Shown here piece by piece: positions 39,267-49,540 of a stretch of 64,000 nt of DNA. The notes under the pieces are model-generated. The model was not told where the DNA came from. It ran no database searches and saw only the letters and a list, made by a program, of their open reading frames with translations. Origin of the DNA: an uncultured Verrucomicrobiae bacterium (GTDB lineage Bacteria; Verrucomicrobiota; Verrucomicrobiia; Chthoniobacterales; UBA10450); the NCBI GenBank assembly GCA_963735805.1, contig CAVTMK010000003.1:128001-192000 (forward strand). The letters are read 5' to 3'. A program made the translations under genes and the position numbers. The stretch's first letter is position 1, and each line of letters begins with the position of its first letter.

Positions 39267-39980
39267 ATGCATCCAGCCAAAAAAGCCGGCCGCATCGCCG
39301 GCGCAATCTACGCGTCAATGGTGTTCGTTGGGCCGTTCAGCCTGATCTACGTGCCTGACAAATTGATCGTCCGCGGCGATGCCACGGCGACAGCGGCAAA
39401 TGTACTAAATCATGAGAGTATGTTTCGGCTTTGGATCATCGGCGATCTTTGGATGCCGGTAATTTTCATCTGCCTGGGGGTCGCGCTTTACAATTTGCTT
39501 AGCGGCGTCAGCAAGCCTTGGGCGCTGCTGATGCTCAGTTTCGTCCTCGTTTCCGCTGCTGTCGGTTTTCTGGATACGTTGAACAATATCGCCGCCGACC
39601 TTCTGTTTCGCGGCGCGGACTTCTTGAGTGTTATCGATAAAACTCAGCGCGACGCGCTCGGCATGCTCTTTATCCGGTTGCACAGCAAGGGAACGTTTAT
39701 CAACGAACTGTTTTGGGGTCTGTGGCTCTTTCCGTTTGGTCTTCTCGTCTATCGCTCCGGATTTTTACCGCGCTGGATTGGAGTCTGGCTCATGATCAAC
39801 TGTTTCGCTTACGTGATCCTCAGTCCCATCGCGTTGTTCTTTCCAGTCTACTACGGCACTGCATTTAAACTCGCGCAGCCCGTCTTATTCGGCGAACTGG
39901 CAATCATGCTGTGGCTTCTCATCAAAGGCGCAAAGGTCGCATCGCTTGCCACTCCCACAGCGCAGATGAATACCGCATGA
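39267..39980 (+). CDS. DUF4386 family membrane protein
   Basis: RIAGAIY, GDATATAAN, FWGLWL, SGFLPRWIG, LWLLIKG. Confidence 0.88.
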   Translation: MHPAKKAGRIAGAIYASMVFVGPFSLIYVPDKLIVRGDATATAANVLNHESMFRLWIIGDLWMPVIFICLGVALYNLLSGVSKPWALLMLSFVLVSAAVGFLDTLNNIAADLLFRGADFLSVIDKTQRDALGMLFIRLHSKGTFINELFWGLWLFPFGLLVYRSGFLPRWIGVWLMINCFAYVILSPIALFFPVYYGTAFKLAQPVLFGELAIMLWLLIKGAKVASLATPTAQMNTA

Positions 39981-40744
39981 ACAGGATCGACAATTCACAA
40001 CGCATAGCGGCAAAAGTCGCCGGTGTTACTGGTTTGATTGCGTTCGTGATTGTCATTTTTGGAAATTATGCGCTGCTAAACCCTCTCGTTGTTCCGGGCA
40101 ATGCCGTGGAAACCGCCCGCAATTTCTCCGCGCACCAAACTCAAGTTCGATTAGCGGTCACATGTTTCCTCACTTACGGCGTATGCGTCTTCGTTCTGCT
40201 GTCCGCACTTTACGTGGTTCTGAAACCGATCGACCGAATGCTTGCATTGATGGGAGCAATCTTCCGCCTGGTGTTCGGACTGCTGTGGCTGTTTACCACA
40301 CTAAATCTACTTGGCGCGCTTCGGCTCGTCGGCAACGCAACTTACTTGCAAGTTTTCGAAGCAGACCATTTACAGGTGCTGGCCAGGTTGCAGATCGCAG
40401 CGAGCTTTGACGACTATTACGTCGGCCTGCCATTCTTCAGCTTAGCCGCTACTATCTGTGCCTATCTGTGGTTCAAGTCGAGCTACATCCCAAAAAGTCT
40501 GGCTGCTTTTGGTGTGATTGCGTCTGCGTGGTGCGTGATCTGTGCCTTTGTTTTCCTAATTTTCCCAGGCTTCGACAAGACAGTTAACGCATACTGGTTC
40601 GATTCGCCGATGGCTATCTTCGAACTGATCTTGAGCGTCTGGCTGTTAGCTAAAGGGATCCGAACATCAAATTCTGAGAAAGCGGACCATATTGCAGATG
40701 GCGCTAGGGAATCCGCTTCGCTGCGCTTACCCGTGTTTCTTTAG
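39977..40744 (+). CDS. DUF4386 family membrane protein (second copy)
   Basis: GNAVETARN, KSSYIPK, WLLAKG; ATGA overlap with the previous gene. Confidence 0.85.
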   Translation: MNRIDNSQRIAAKVAGVTGLIAFVIVIFGNYALLNPLVVPGNAVETARNFSAHQTQVRLAVTCFLTYGVCVFVLLSALYVVLKPIDRMLALMGAIFRLVFGLLWLFTTLNLLGALRLVGNATYLQVFEADHLQVLARLQIAASFDDYYVGLPFFSLAATICAYLWFKSSYIPKSLAAFGVIASAWCVICAFVFLIFPGFDKTVNAYWFDSPMAIFELILSVWLLAKGIRTSNSEKADHIADGARESASLRLPVFL

Positions 40745-40748
40745 CTCT

Positions 40749-41852
40749 ATGAAGCTAAAGCGCATATTGAAATGGACTGCGATCGTTATCCTACTGGCGT
40801 TGATCGTGTGGGGTTTCACGGCCTATTGGACTTCGACGAATGACTGCAACGCTGCAGCTCCGAATAACCCCATGAAAGCCGTGCGTTATTGTGAATACGG
40901 TTCGCCGGATGTCGCCAAGCTCAAGGAGGTTGAAAAGCCGGTCCCGAATGACAACCAGGTCTTGATTAAAGTTCGGGCGGCTTCACTTAATGCATTTGAC
41001 GTCTACGTGACCCGCGATTCTTGGTTGGGTCGCTTGATCTTCGGATTGCGCAAACCAAGAGACACTCGCCTTGGCCAAGACGTCGCCGGCCAGGTGGAAG
41101 CGACCGGCAAAAACGTAACCCAATTCAAATCCGGGGACGAGGTGTTCGGCATCTCTCGCGGCGCTCTGGCCGAGTATGCGTGTACCCCCGAGCGAGCAGT
41201 GGTCATGAAGCCGCCCAAACTCTCGTTTGAGCAAGCCGCTTCAATTCCGTTGGCCGGACTTACTGCGTTGCAGGGCCTCCGGGAAGGAAAAATTCACCCC
41301 GGGCTAAAAGTATTGATCAACGGCGCGACCGGAGGTGTAGGAACATTTGCCGTGCAAATCGCCAAATCTCTTGGCGCAGAGGTCACAGCCGTTTGCAGCA
41401 CGCGCAATGTCGATCTTGTCCGATCACTTGGCGCCGATCACGTGATCGATTACACAAAAGAGGATTTCACCAAGAGCGACCAGCGTTACGACGTGATCTT
41501 CGATAACGTCGCCAACCATTCCTTCGCCGAACGCCGTCGCGTGCTGAATCCAAAAGGCATCTGCGTTTTGGCCGGCATCGGTGGTGCCGGGGTAGGAGGG
41601 GGTGAGGCTCTTGGACGCATAGCTGGCAACATTTTCACTGCCCGCGCGCGCTCATCATTTACGGATCAAAAGTTCGCTCAGTACCGCACCAAAACAAGCA
41701 AAGACGACCTCATCATGCTCGCCAACCTAATACAGACGGGAAAGATTAAACCGGTCATCGAGCGAACTTACAAGTTAACTGACGCCCCGGAAGCTCTTCG
41801 TTACCTCAATGAAGGACATGCCAAAGGAAAGATACTAATCACTGTGGAATAA
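40749..41852 (+). CDS. NAD(P)-dependent MDR oxidoreductase with N-terminal anchor
   Basis: AASLN..D, G.DVAG, INGATGGVG, GADHVIDY, GHAKGKI. Confidence 0.9.
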   Translation: MKLKRILKWTAIVILLALIVWGFTAYWTSTNDCNAAAPNNPMKAVRYCEYGSPDVAKLKEVEKPVPNDNQVLIKVRAASLNAFDVYVTRDSWLGRLIFGLRKPRDTRLGQDVAGQVEATGKNVTQFKSGDEVFGISRGALAEYACTPERAVVMKPPKLSFEQAASIPLAGLTALQGLREGKIHPGLKVLINGATGGVGTFAVQIAKSLGAEVTAVCSTRNVDLVRSLGADHVIDYTKEDFTKSDQRYDVIFDNVANHSFAERRRVLNPKGICVLAGIGGAGVGGGEALGRIAGNIFTARARSSFTDQKFAQYRTKTSKDDLIMLANLIQTGKIKPVIERTYKLTDAPEALRYLNEGHAKGKILITVE

Positions 41853-41869
41853 CACGGCAGGAAAACGAT

Positions 41870-42370
41870 ATGAATCCAACTTGGAAAAAAACCCAAATCG
41901 CAACAGCAGTCTATCTAGCCCCATTGCTCGTTGCCGCTCACCTCTTTGGATCGACTTTGCAGGAACAAAACAAGGCAATCGCCAAGCAGGCATTCGAGGA
42001 AATCCTCAGCCGTGGACGATTTGGACTCGCTGAACAACTTTATGCGAAGGATTTCGTCAATCACGGCATTCATTCCAACGCCACCTTAGAGGAAGACCAG
42101 ACAGCACTGAAAGGCTGGCATGCTGCATTTCCCGATGTTGTCGTCACTCCTGAAAAATTGATCGCGGAAGACGACCTGGTCACGATCTACTGGATCGCGC
42201 GCGGTACCAATACCGGGACAGGTAATGGCCTGCCCGCGACGGGCAAAAGGGCGGAACTGTCTGGGATTACGATTTGGCGGATCGTCGATGGCAAAATCAA
42301 AGAAGAATGGTCCGCCTTTGATCAACTTTCAATGATGCGACAGCTCGGATTACTCCCTGCCGACAAGTAA
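41870..42370 (+). CDS. SnoaL-like ester cyclase
   Basis: AFPD, IAEDDLV, GT.TG...PATGK, DGKI.EEW. Confidence 0.88.
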   Translation: MNPTWKKTQIATAVYLAPLLVAAHLFGSTLQEQNKAIAKQAFEEILSRGRFGLAEQLYAKDFVNHGIHSNATLEEDQTALKGWHAAFPDVVVTPEKLIAEDDLVTIYWIARGTNTGTGNGLPATGKRAELSGITIWRIVDGKIKEEWSAFDQLSMMRQLGLLPADK

Positions 42371-42423
42371 CCGGTGCGAGCTAATGAGCTAGTGCAGCCA
42401 ACAGAAAAGAGGAAACAAGAATT

Positions 42424-43572
42424 ATGAACGATGAACCAAAATCAAAGCCCCGACGTAAGCGATGGAAGCGCATATTAAAATGGACTGCCAGCATTGTCGT
42501 GCTCGCTCTAATCCTTTGGGGATTTATTGCCTACTGGACTTCGAGTAACGATTGCGAGCGATACGCTTCAACCCCTGCCAATCCTATGAGAGCTATTGTG
42601 TATTGCGATTACGGTGTGCCAAATCTCAAATTACAGGAAATCGAAAAGCCCACCCCTGGAGACGATCAACTCCTGGTAAGAGTTCACGCGGCTTCAGTCA
42701 ATCCGCTCGACTGGCACTTCATTGAAGGCACGCCCTACATCATGCGCGTGATGGGCGTGGGCATGCGCAAACCAAAGGACACACGACTCGGCGTTGATTT
42801 TGCAGGTACCGTCGAAGCCGTCGGTAAGAACGTCACGAAATTCAAACCAGGTGACGAGGTATTCGGCGGTCGCACAGGAGCTTTCGCTGAGTATGTATGC
42901 GTCCGCGAGAGCCGAGCTGTAGCGTCGAAGCCAAACAGAATAACATTTGAGCAAGCGGCGTCAGTGCCTATTGCCGGAATCACAGCATTACAGGGCCTTC
43001 GCGACAAAGGAAAGGTCCAGCCGGGACAGAAGGTCTTGATCAATGGCGCGTCCGGAGGCGTGGGAACGTTTGCAGTGCAGATCGCAAAATCATGCGGGGC
43101 GGAAGTGACCGGTGTGTGCAGCACCAAAAATCTGGACATGGTTCGCTCCTTGGGCGCGGATCACGTCATCGATTACACTAAAGAGGATTTCACCAAGAGT
43201 GACCAACGTTACGACGTTATTCTGGACAACGTTGCCAACCATTCGCTATCGGATTGCAGGCGCGTCCTAAATCCCAATGGAAAATACGTCTTGATTGGAG
43301 GAGGCGGCGTAAACGAGAGCCGCTGGCTTGGGCCTGGCCTCACGCACGCATTCAAAGCGATGTTTTTATCCAAATTCGTCAGCCAGCAGATGGGAATGAT
43401 GCTGGCGGAACTAAACCAAAAGGACCTGACTTTTCTAGCGGATCTCATGCAGTCAGGCAAGATCACTCCCGTCATCGACAAACGTTACAAGTTAGAGGAA
43501 CTCCCCCAGGCCGTTGAATATCTCGAACAAGGCCACGCTCGTGGCAAAGTGGTAATAACTGCGGACCAATAA
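42424..43572 (+). CDS. NAD(P)-dependent MDR oxidoreductase (paralogue of 40749-41852)
   Basis: AASVNPLD, INGASGGVG, GHARGKVV. Confidence 0.9.
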   Translation: MNDEPKSKPRRKRWKRILKWTASIVVLALILWGFIAYWTSSNDCERYASTPANPMRAIVYCDYGVPNLKLQEIEKPTPGDDQLLVRVHAASVNPLDWHFIEGTPYIMRVMGVGMRKPKDTRLGVDFAGTVEAVGKNVTKFKPGDEVFGGRTGAFAEYVCVRESRAVASKPNRITFEQAASVPIAGITALQGLRDKGKVQPGQKVLINGASGGVGTFAVQIAKSCGAEVTGVCSTKNLDMVRSLGADHVIDYTKEDFTKSDQRYDVILDNVANHSLSDCRRVLNPNGKYVLIGGGGVNESRWLGPGLTHAFKAMFLSKFVSQQMGMMLAELNQKDLTFLADLMQSGKITPVIDKRYKLEELPQAVEYLEQGHARGKVVITADQ

Positions 43573-43816
43573 TAAAAGCGATAACAACAAATGGGAGCTA
43601 TGCTTCGATCTAGCGAATGTTATAGCCGTATCGCTATGTGGAGGCGCTTTGGCGCTATGCATCAGGGAAATGAATCGGATGTTAAATCGAAGTTTGGGAG
43701 CGGCCTGCTCGTAACATGGTGAGATTAGCATTAAGGCATTGCCGCTTGCTCAATTTTTCGCCAAGGTACACTTTCGACGCCTGCAGATATAGTTGGGCGT
43801 CCCATTACAACCCAAT

Positions 43817-44277
43817 ATGAAAATGAAAGCTTGTCGGTTGGGGCTGATTTTTGCTGTGATATGTTACTCATCTCGAGGCGTCGAGGCGGGGGAAGAACCG
43901 CAGCAAAAGAAAGCAAAAACGTCGTACCTCGTAATCTACCGACCCGGTCCTGGATGGTTAGTTGGAAAATCAGTCTTGGAGCAACCACTTAAAGAGCATG
44001 GAAAGTACATGCTGAGTCTTTACATCAAAGGCTCGATGAAGCTGGCAGGCCCTCTCACTGATGACGCTGGCGGCGCCGTTTTATTAGTTGTGAGTGCGAA
44101 TCAGAAGCGAAGGCGATTGTAGCCGAAGACCCAGCTGTAAAATCTGGTATCTTCACGTATGAAATGCACCCGTGGGAATTACAACCATGGGATGAGTTCG
44201 CCAAGAGAGCCAAACTTCCGCTAAACCAGTCGGATCTGCAGAACACAACCCCGCCGGCGCTCGTTGATAGCCGTTGA
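43817..44277 (+). pseudogene. YciI family protein, frameshifted near 44097
   Basis: EH..Y, LAGPLTD in frame 1; EAKAIVAEDPAVKSG..YEMHPW in the next frame. Confidence 0.75.
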
Positions 44278-44962
44278 GTCGCGCCACACCTTGGGCCCTA
44301 GCCGGTCGGCAGACCTAACGTTAAAATCATTCGTGAGCAAATCGGGAAATCAGTTTGTAGCCTTCAAAGGGCGAGGCACCTTTGATCCGCATCGATTAAA
44401 GACCCGAATAATCAATTCTCTCATTTGCCACCTGCTTTGCGGAGTCGCTTTTGTCTCTTCACCTGCTTTAGGTCAGTCGACCGAAACCACCGTTATTCCG
44501 GAAATAGCTCGCCTTGCCAAAGCGCTCGGTGGGGATTGGAACACTATTGAAATCGTGCAGCACGGTAAACCTGTCCCGGATGGTACGGGCCGCCGCGGAA
44601 CGGTACACGTTCGGCTCGCTGGCGGTGGGACGGTGCTTGTGTCCGAGGGGCATTCTGCTGGGACTGTCGGAGGCGACCTCCAGTGGTTTATCACGATCTG
44701 GTGGAATCCCAACGGCAAGTGCTATCGCTTCCTGACCTGTTTCAGAACGCCAACTGATGCCGGATGTGAGCTGCGTGGCACCGCTCACTGGGATGGAGAT
44801 ACATTCGTAAACGAGTACGAGGAGGTTATCAACGGCAAACGGACAAAGCTGCGAGATCTCTGGACAGACATTACGCCCAAATCGCATACATTGACTGAAT
44901 CACACGACATCGGCAACGGCGTGATGAAACCGTATGTCATCTCCCATAACACGCGACAGTAA
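44264..44962 (+). CDS. Hypothetical protein, probably secreted beta-barrel; true start uncertain (likely further downstream)
   Basis: Signal-like segment ending SSPALG, G.W start of mature domain. Confidence 0.6.
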   Translation: MIAVESRHTLGPSRSADLTLKSFVSKSGNQFVAFKGRGTFDPHRLKTRIINSLICHLLCGVAFVSSPALGQSTETTVIPEIARLAKALGGDWNTIEIVQHGKPVPDGTGRRGTVHVRLAGGGTVLVSEGHSAGTVGGDLQWFITIWWNPNGKCYRFLTCFRTPTDAGCELRGTAHWDGDTFVNEYEEVINGKRTKLRDLWTDITPKSHTLTESHDIGNGVMKPYVISHNTRQ

Positions 44963-45056
44963 ATCAGTCTCGAGTAGTTAGATGAGGGTTGAGAGTTGAC
45001 AAAACCCACTAAGATTTACATCCTTCAGCGGCTCGGCTCTATTCATTAAGTGACCG

Positions 45057-45770
45057 ATGAACAAACTATCACTTGCGTTCGTTGCGATAAACTTGACATC
45101 GTTCGCATTGAAGGCCGCGCAGCCAGAGATCAATCCCTCGCACATAGATGTCTATGTCACACCCTACTACGATTCGAAGGGTCCAGTAGTTAAGGTCGGG
45201 CGGTTTAGTTCGGGTCTGGCCTCGACTAAGGAGGATGATTTTCTCGCTACCATCGCTGAGATGAAGAGAGATTGGGACCGGCTGACGTTCCCGGAGCTCT
45301 ATGTCGCTGCGATCCGGCTATACGATCTGGGTTATCGAAAAGAAGCGGTTTACTGGTTTTATTCTGCTCAGTATAGAGGTCGCCAGTTTGGCGTCCTTTT
45401 GGATCAGACCAAGATGGGAAGCATCGGTAGCCCAGGATTTGAGCTGTTGCATGCCCAGAACGCCTTCTATCAGCTCGTGGGGCCGTACATTAATGGTTAC
45501 GCTTTCGGAGATACCGATGGACTCGTGAAGATTGTGGAAAGAGTCCAGAAAGAAGGCCGCCGCATACCAGATTTTCAAGCCGCCTATTCGGGCGTCACAT
45601 TCATAGGCAAAAACGAGTGGCCGTCCGCTAACGGCAATCTCGCTGATGGAATGAATCAGCTGACATCGACGTTGAAAGACAAGAAGGACGACATAAAACG
45701 CCAGCGCAGCGAGCGGGGAATGGAGGAGAAGTTTTCGAAGCTAACGAGTAAGGAGCTACCGAGTCACTAG
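45057..45770 (+). CDS. Secreted hypothetical protein
   Basis: Signal peptide, 237 aa. Confidence 0.7.
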   Translation: MNKLSLAFVAINLTSFALKAAQPEINPSHIDVYVTPYYDSKGPVVKVGRFSSGLASTKEDDFLATIAEMKRDWDRLTFPELYVAAIRLYDLGYRKEAVYWFYSAQYRGRQFGVLLDQTKMGSIGSPGFELLHAQNAFYQLVGPYINGYAFGDTDGLVKIVERVQKEGRRIPDFQAAYSGVTFIGKNEWPSANGNLADGMNQLTSTLKDKKDDIKRQRSERGMEEKFSKLTSKELPSH

Positions 45771-45776
45771 AACCAA

Positions 45777-46574
45777 ATGCCTAACCCAGCAGAAGGGTAT
45801 GAAAGTTACATGGTCCCCACCCTCTTTGGGCCCTGCGCTAAGAATCTGATTCAGGTTGCGGACCCGAAACCCGGCGAGCGCATTCTGGATGTTGGCTGCG
45901 GAACAGGAATCGTCGCTCGACAGGTAGCCGAGCGGCTTCGTTCAAGGGGGATGGTGACGGGCCTGGATCTCAGTCCAAACATGCTGGCCGTTGCCAGGAC
46001 AGCTGCGACCCGCGAAGGACTGGCCATCGAATGGCGCGAAGGGCACGCTGAACAACTCCCTTTTTCCGACAACAGCTTTGATCTCATACTATGCCAGTTC
46101 GCGTTAATGTTCGTTCCTAACAAGGCAGGCGCTCTTGCCGAAATGCGCCGAGTCGTGGCTGAAAATGGTCGCGTTCTGATTAGCGTCTGGCAAAGCCTCG
46201 TTCGGCATCCGTTTTACCGAACTTTGCACGAGATCATTCAGCAACGGATGGGAATGTCGACTCTCCAGGACATCTTTGCGCTGGGTGACGTAGACGAACT
46301 CCGCGCGCTGGCGGTTGAAGCCGGATTTTGGCGAGTAGAGATAGAGCCTTTTTCCTTGACGGCGCGTTTTCCAAATCCCGATGCTTTCATAGCTGGAGAA
46401 ATCGAAGTTGACACCGCGGCGATTCCTTCGATGCAACACCTGAACGCTCCAGATCGGGAAGCAATCGTTGCAGAGATAGCTGCGGACATGCAATTGCCTC
46501 TCAGAAAGGTGACCTACGATAATCATGTCGCGCTAGTGTTTCACGGACACATTATGAGTGCATGGCCGCGTTGA
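45777..46574 (+). CDS. Class I SAM-dependent methyltransferase (UbiE-like)
   Basis: ILDVGCGTG, GLDLSPNML, AEQLPF.DNSFD. Confidence 0.9.
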   Translation: MPNPAEGYESYMVPTLFGPCAKNLIQVADPKPGERILDVGCGTGIVARQVAERLRSRGMVTGLDLSPNMLAVARTAATREGLAIEWREGHAEQLPFSDNSFDLILCQFALMFVPNKAGALAEMRRVVAENGRVLISVWQSLVRHPFYRTLHEIIQQRMGMSTLQDIFALGDVDELRALAVEAGFWRVEIEPFSLTARFPNPDAFIAGEIEVDTAAIPSMQHLNAPDREAIVAEIAADMQLPLRKVTYDNHVALVFHGHIMSAWPR

Positions 46575-46626
46575 CGCCGGTTGGCTCCGATAAGGAATGC
46601 TTTGATCTGCCGCTGATGACTGGTTT

Positions 46627-47448
46627 ATGGACTTGGCGCTTGTAACGCGATTCGTCGTCACATGCGGCCTCGCGATGCTCCTGCGATGTCTGACGTCTGC
46701 CAAACGTATCCCCCCGGCGCAAGTTGAGCCTGTCACTCATGAGGGCATTCGCTATGTCGCACCGAATGACGGTGGTCGCCGAGCTTACATCGAAGCGTGG
46801 GATGTCCAGACTAATGAGAAGCTTTGGGATTTGACGGTATTTACAAATCCTATCGATTCAAAGATGGAAGAGGATGTTCAGTGGGTTTTCATTAACGAGC
46901 TGAATGTTCGCGATGGTACGCTCATTGTGACATCTGAGCGTGGCAACACATACCGGGTTGATCTTCATACGAGAGTGGTAAAGCGATCTGATCCTGCATC
47001 GTTGCAAGCTGCGATTACACCCTCCCCGCCCAACGACATTCCAGAGTCGATCAAGAGAGCCATCGCCAAAGAGCCTCTTGCGAGAGACTACGAGGTCTCG
47101 TTTCGAGTGAAACCATTCTATCTTTCCGGAGACTTCAATGGAGACGGCAAAATTGATGTAGCTGTTCTAGTAAAGCAACGCTCGACCGGAAAGCTTGGGA
47201 TTGCGATCGTTCATGGTAAGACCGACAAGGTAATAATTCTCGGCGCACGGACGACCATCGGTAATGGCGGTGACGACTTCGATTGGATGGACTCGTGGGA
47301 GGTTTACTCCAGGAACCGCGGCGACCACCGCGGCCCAAGTGGCCCGAAACTTCTTGCCGACTCGTTTTTTGTAAGCAAGAGCGAGGCAGGCAGCGCACTG
47401 ATCTACTGGAACGGCGAACGTTACGTCTGGTTGCAGCGGGGCGACTAA
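46627..47448 (+). CDS. Secreted two-domain hypothetical protein with GDFNGDG motif
   Basis: Signal peptide, Pro-rich linker, GDFNGDGKID. Confidence 0.7.
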   Translation: MDLALVTRFVVTCGLAMLLRCLTSAKRIPPAQVEPVTHEGIRYVAPNDGGRRAYIEAWDVQTNEKLWDLTVFTNPIDSKMEEDVQWVFINELNVRDGTLIVTSERGNTYRVDLHTRVVKRSDPASLQAAITPSPPNDIPESIKRAIAKEPLARDYEVSFRVKPFYLSGDFNGDGKIDVAVLVKQRSTGKLGIAIVHGKTDKVIILGARTTIGNGGDDFDWMDSWEVYSRNRGDHRGPSGPKLLADSFFVSKSEAGSALIYWNGERYVWLQRGD

Positions 47449-47523
47449 TGATGGCCCCGTCATGAAGCGCTGGTTATAGGGTCGCCCATATCCAACGTGA
47501 CGTTCTCGTAAACTTATGACAAA

Positions 47524-47871
47524 ATGGCTACCAACATGATTCGTTGTGTTCACCTCAAGACCGGGACCGACGGCCGTTCACATGTCGACTACCTGACGAT
47601 TCCGCTTGGCACCATTCAGCAAGCAACCGCAGTCCATTTCCAGGAGACAGCAGCTGGTTCGTCTCTCGATTGGCATACCGCGCCGCACGTGCAGTACGTG
47701 ATCACCCTTTCGGGCACCCTCGAATTCACGACTCGCGACGGCGAGACATTTGTGTTGCGTCCGGGCGACGTGTTACTTGCTGCTGATACAACAGGCACGG
47801 GCCATCGGTGGCGACTCATCGATGACCAACCCTGGCGGCGTCTTTACGTTGAACTTCGTCTGCCCACTTAA
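47524..47871 (+). CDS. Cupin domain protein
   Basis: WHTAP..QYVITLSG.LE, PGDVLLA.DTTGTGH. Confidence 0.85.
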   Translation: MATNMIRCVHLKTGTDGRSHVDYLTIPLGTIQQATAVHFQETAAGSSLDWHTAPHVQYVITLSGTLEFTTRDGETFVLRPGDVLLAADTTGTGHRWRLIDDQPWRRLYVELRLPT

Positions 47872-47965
47872 GGCAGCTATTGCGCTGGTTTGCTGGAATA
47901 GCAGGCGCTGAGTCTGGTTACAGCGCTGTTTCAAACACTTTGCCGCTCTCGCCGCGACGACCGGG

Positions 47966-49435
47966 TTATTCCAGGTTCAGGTTCTCCCAATGGATCTGAA
48001 TCGCGTTCCAAGCTGTTCCACAAGAATCCAATTCGTCGTATTGATAGTTAAAAGCCACATTCCCCGACGCATCGAGACCAACGATGCCCGTATAAATAAA
48101 TGGGCCGCCAAGTGTGTAATCGATGAGATAATTATCCGGCGCATCTTCATAAACACTACTACAGAAAGGGCTATAGACGCTCGGATCGGGATAATAATGC
48201 CACGTCTCAGTCGCCTCAAAGGCACCGGGATCGATGTGATATTTTCGAGGCGCACTGTAGGTCCGTGTTTCTCCCGGCGGTTGCTGGAAATTGCTGCCGG
48301 CTCCATCATCGAAAAGGAGCAATTGATCGCCCGGCATGGACACAGCGTGCTGTCCAATTGGCGGCAACGTATCCGGGCCCAGGGTAAGAGAGAATGCACG
48401 CAGCGACGGGAACTCATACCAGTGCTTAGTCGGATCGCCCAAAATCCACTTAATGGTTCCAGAGTCGTAATCAAGCGCGATAACAAAGTTTTCCCTGCTG
48501 GAAACAATGAGGGAGTTATCAGAGCTACGGTAGGCTGTAGCGTTGTTGTGAAACCAATCGTTAGGCGCTGGAAAGACAAATAGGCTTGGATCGTCTCCAC
48601 CGGCAATCATCGCTGCACTGATGATGTCCGCCAGGTTCCACGTCCGGAGCACATTGCCGGAGGCGTCGACCTCCAGATTGACGCTCTCAGTCCGGTCGAC
48701 GGTATCGACGTCCAGGATCATTCCCTCCCGCCCCGGATCAATATTGTGATGGAAGCCGGTAACACCAATCCCGCTGTAATCGGCCACGGGCGTGGTCACG
48801 CCATCAAACTCAGTGCGAAGAAGCGAGGTACCGGACGTAACGAAGAACGCATTGTCAAAAAGAATGCAGTTCTGCGCTCCAACTCCCGCTGTGCCGACCC
48901 AGCGGATTTCGGCGTCTGTATCGATAATGATGGGCGTGGTAGGATCGGCATAGTTCTTCAGGAGGATGAAATCATAGCTCAGGCTAGTGCCTGGTAGCCG
49001 CGCCTGAACGACTGTTGGATTGGAGTACGTGCCTCCGTCGTACGCAGGCGTCGTGATCTTGACGCCGAATCTTTTGCTGTATTCAAATCGGCCGTTGAAG
49101 CCGAGGTTCACAATAACGGGGTTTGTGCGACCGGCGTAGAGACCGAAGACAGGGATGGTGAGGTTGCCATTATTGCGATCGAAATAACCCCGCGCTTCCA
49201 AATACGCTCGCGCATAACGAACCTTGATTGGCCGCGTGATTGATCCGGTTTTTGGCTGAATCTGGAACTGGGCGGACTTGAAGTTGGCGACATCAGTAAC
49301 GCGGGTATTCACAAAATGGATGAATGGCGTTGAACCCTCGAAGACCTCAATCTTCCCAGCGATCTGCCCAGCCTTGACTCCAATGGCGAGCACGCACAGG
49401 AGCGCGACGGAGAGAGTAATCAATCGCGCGTTCAT
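47966..49435 (-). CDS. Aryl-sulfate sulfotransferase (ASST), secreted
   Basis: FHH, DWFHNNA, SSR, GQH, FDDG; start MNARLI. Confidence 0.85.
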   Translation of the reverse strand: MNARLITLSVALLCVLAIGVKAGQIAGKIEVFEGSTPFIHFVNTRVTDVANFKSAQFQIQPKTGSITRPIKVRYARAYLEARGYFDRNNGNLTIPVFGLYAGRTNPVIVNLGFNGRFEYSKRFGVKITTPAYDGGTYSNPTVVQARLPGTSLSYDFILLKNYADPTTPIIIDTDAEIRWVGTAGVGAQNCILFDNAFFVTSGTSLLRTEFDGVTTPVADYSGIGVTGFHHNIDPGREGMILDVDTVDRTESVNLEVDASGNVLRTWNLADIISAAMIAGGDDPSLFVFPAPNDWFHNNATAYRSSDNSLIVSSRENFVIALDYDSGTIKWILGDPTKHWYEFPSLRAFSLTLGPDTLPPIGQHAVSMPGDQLLLFDDGAGSNFQQPPGETRTYSAPRKYHIDPGAFEATETWHYYPDPSVYSPFCSSVYEDAPDNYLIDYTLGGPFIYTGIVGLDASGNVAFNYQYDELDSCGTAWNAIQIHWENLNLE

Positions 49436-49540
49436 GCGGGCCTTTTGTCGGTCGGCACGAGGAAAGTCAAACCAATTCGGCAATGCGACGTCCGGTCACA
49501 AAAGGATGGCTAAGCAGCTAGCGTCGAGTTTCTGGGCAAC

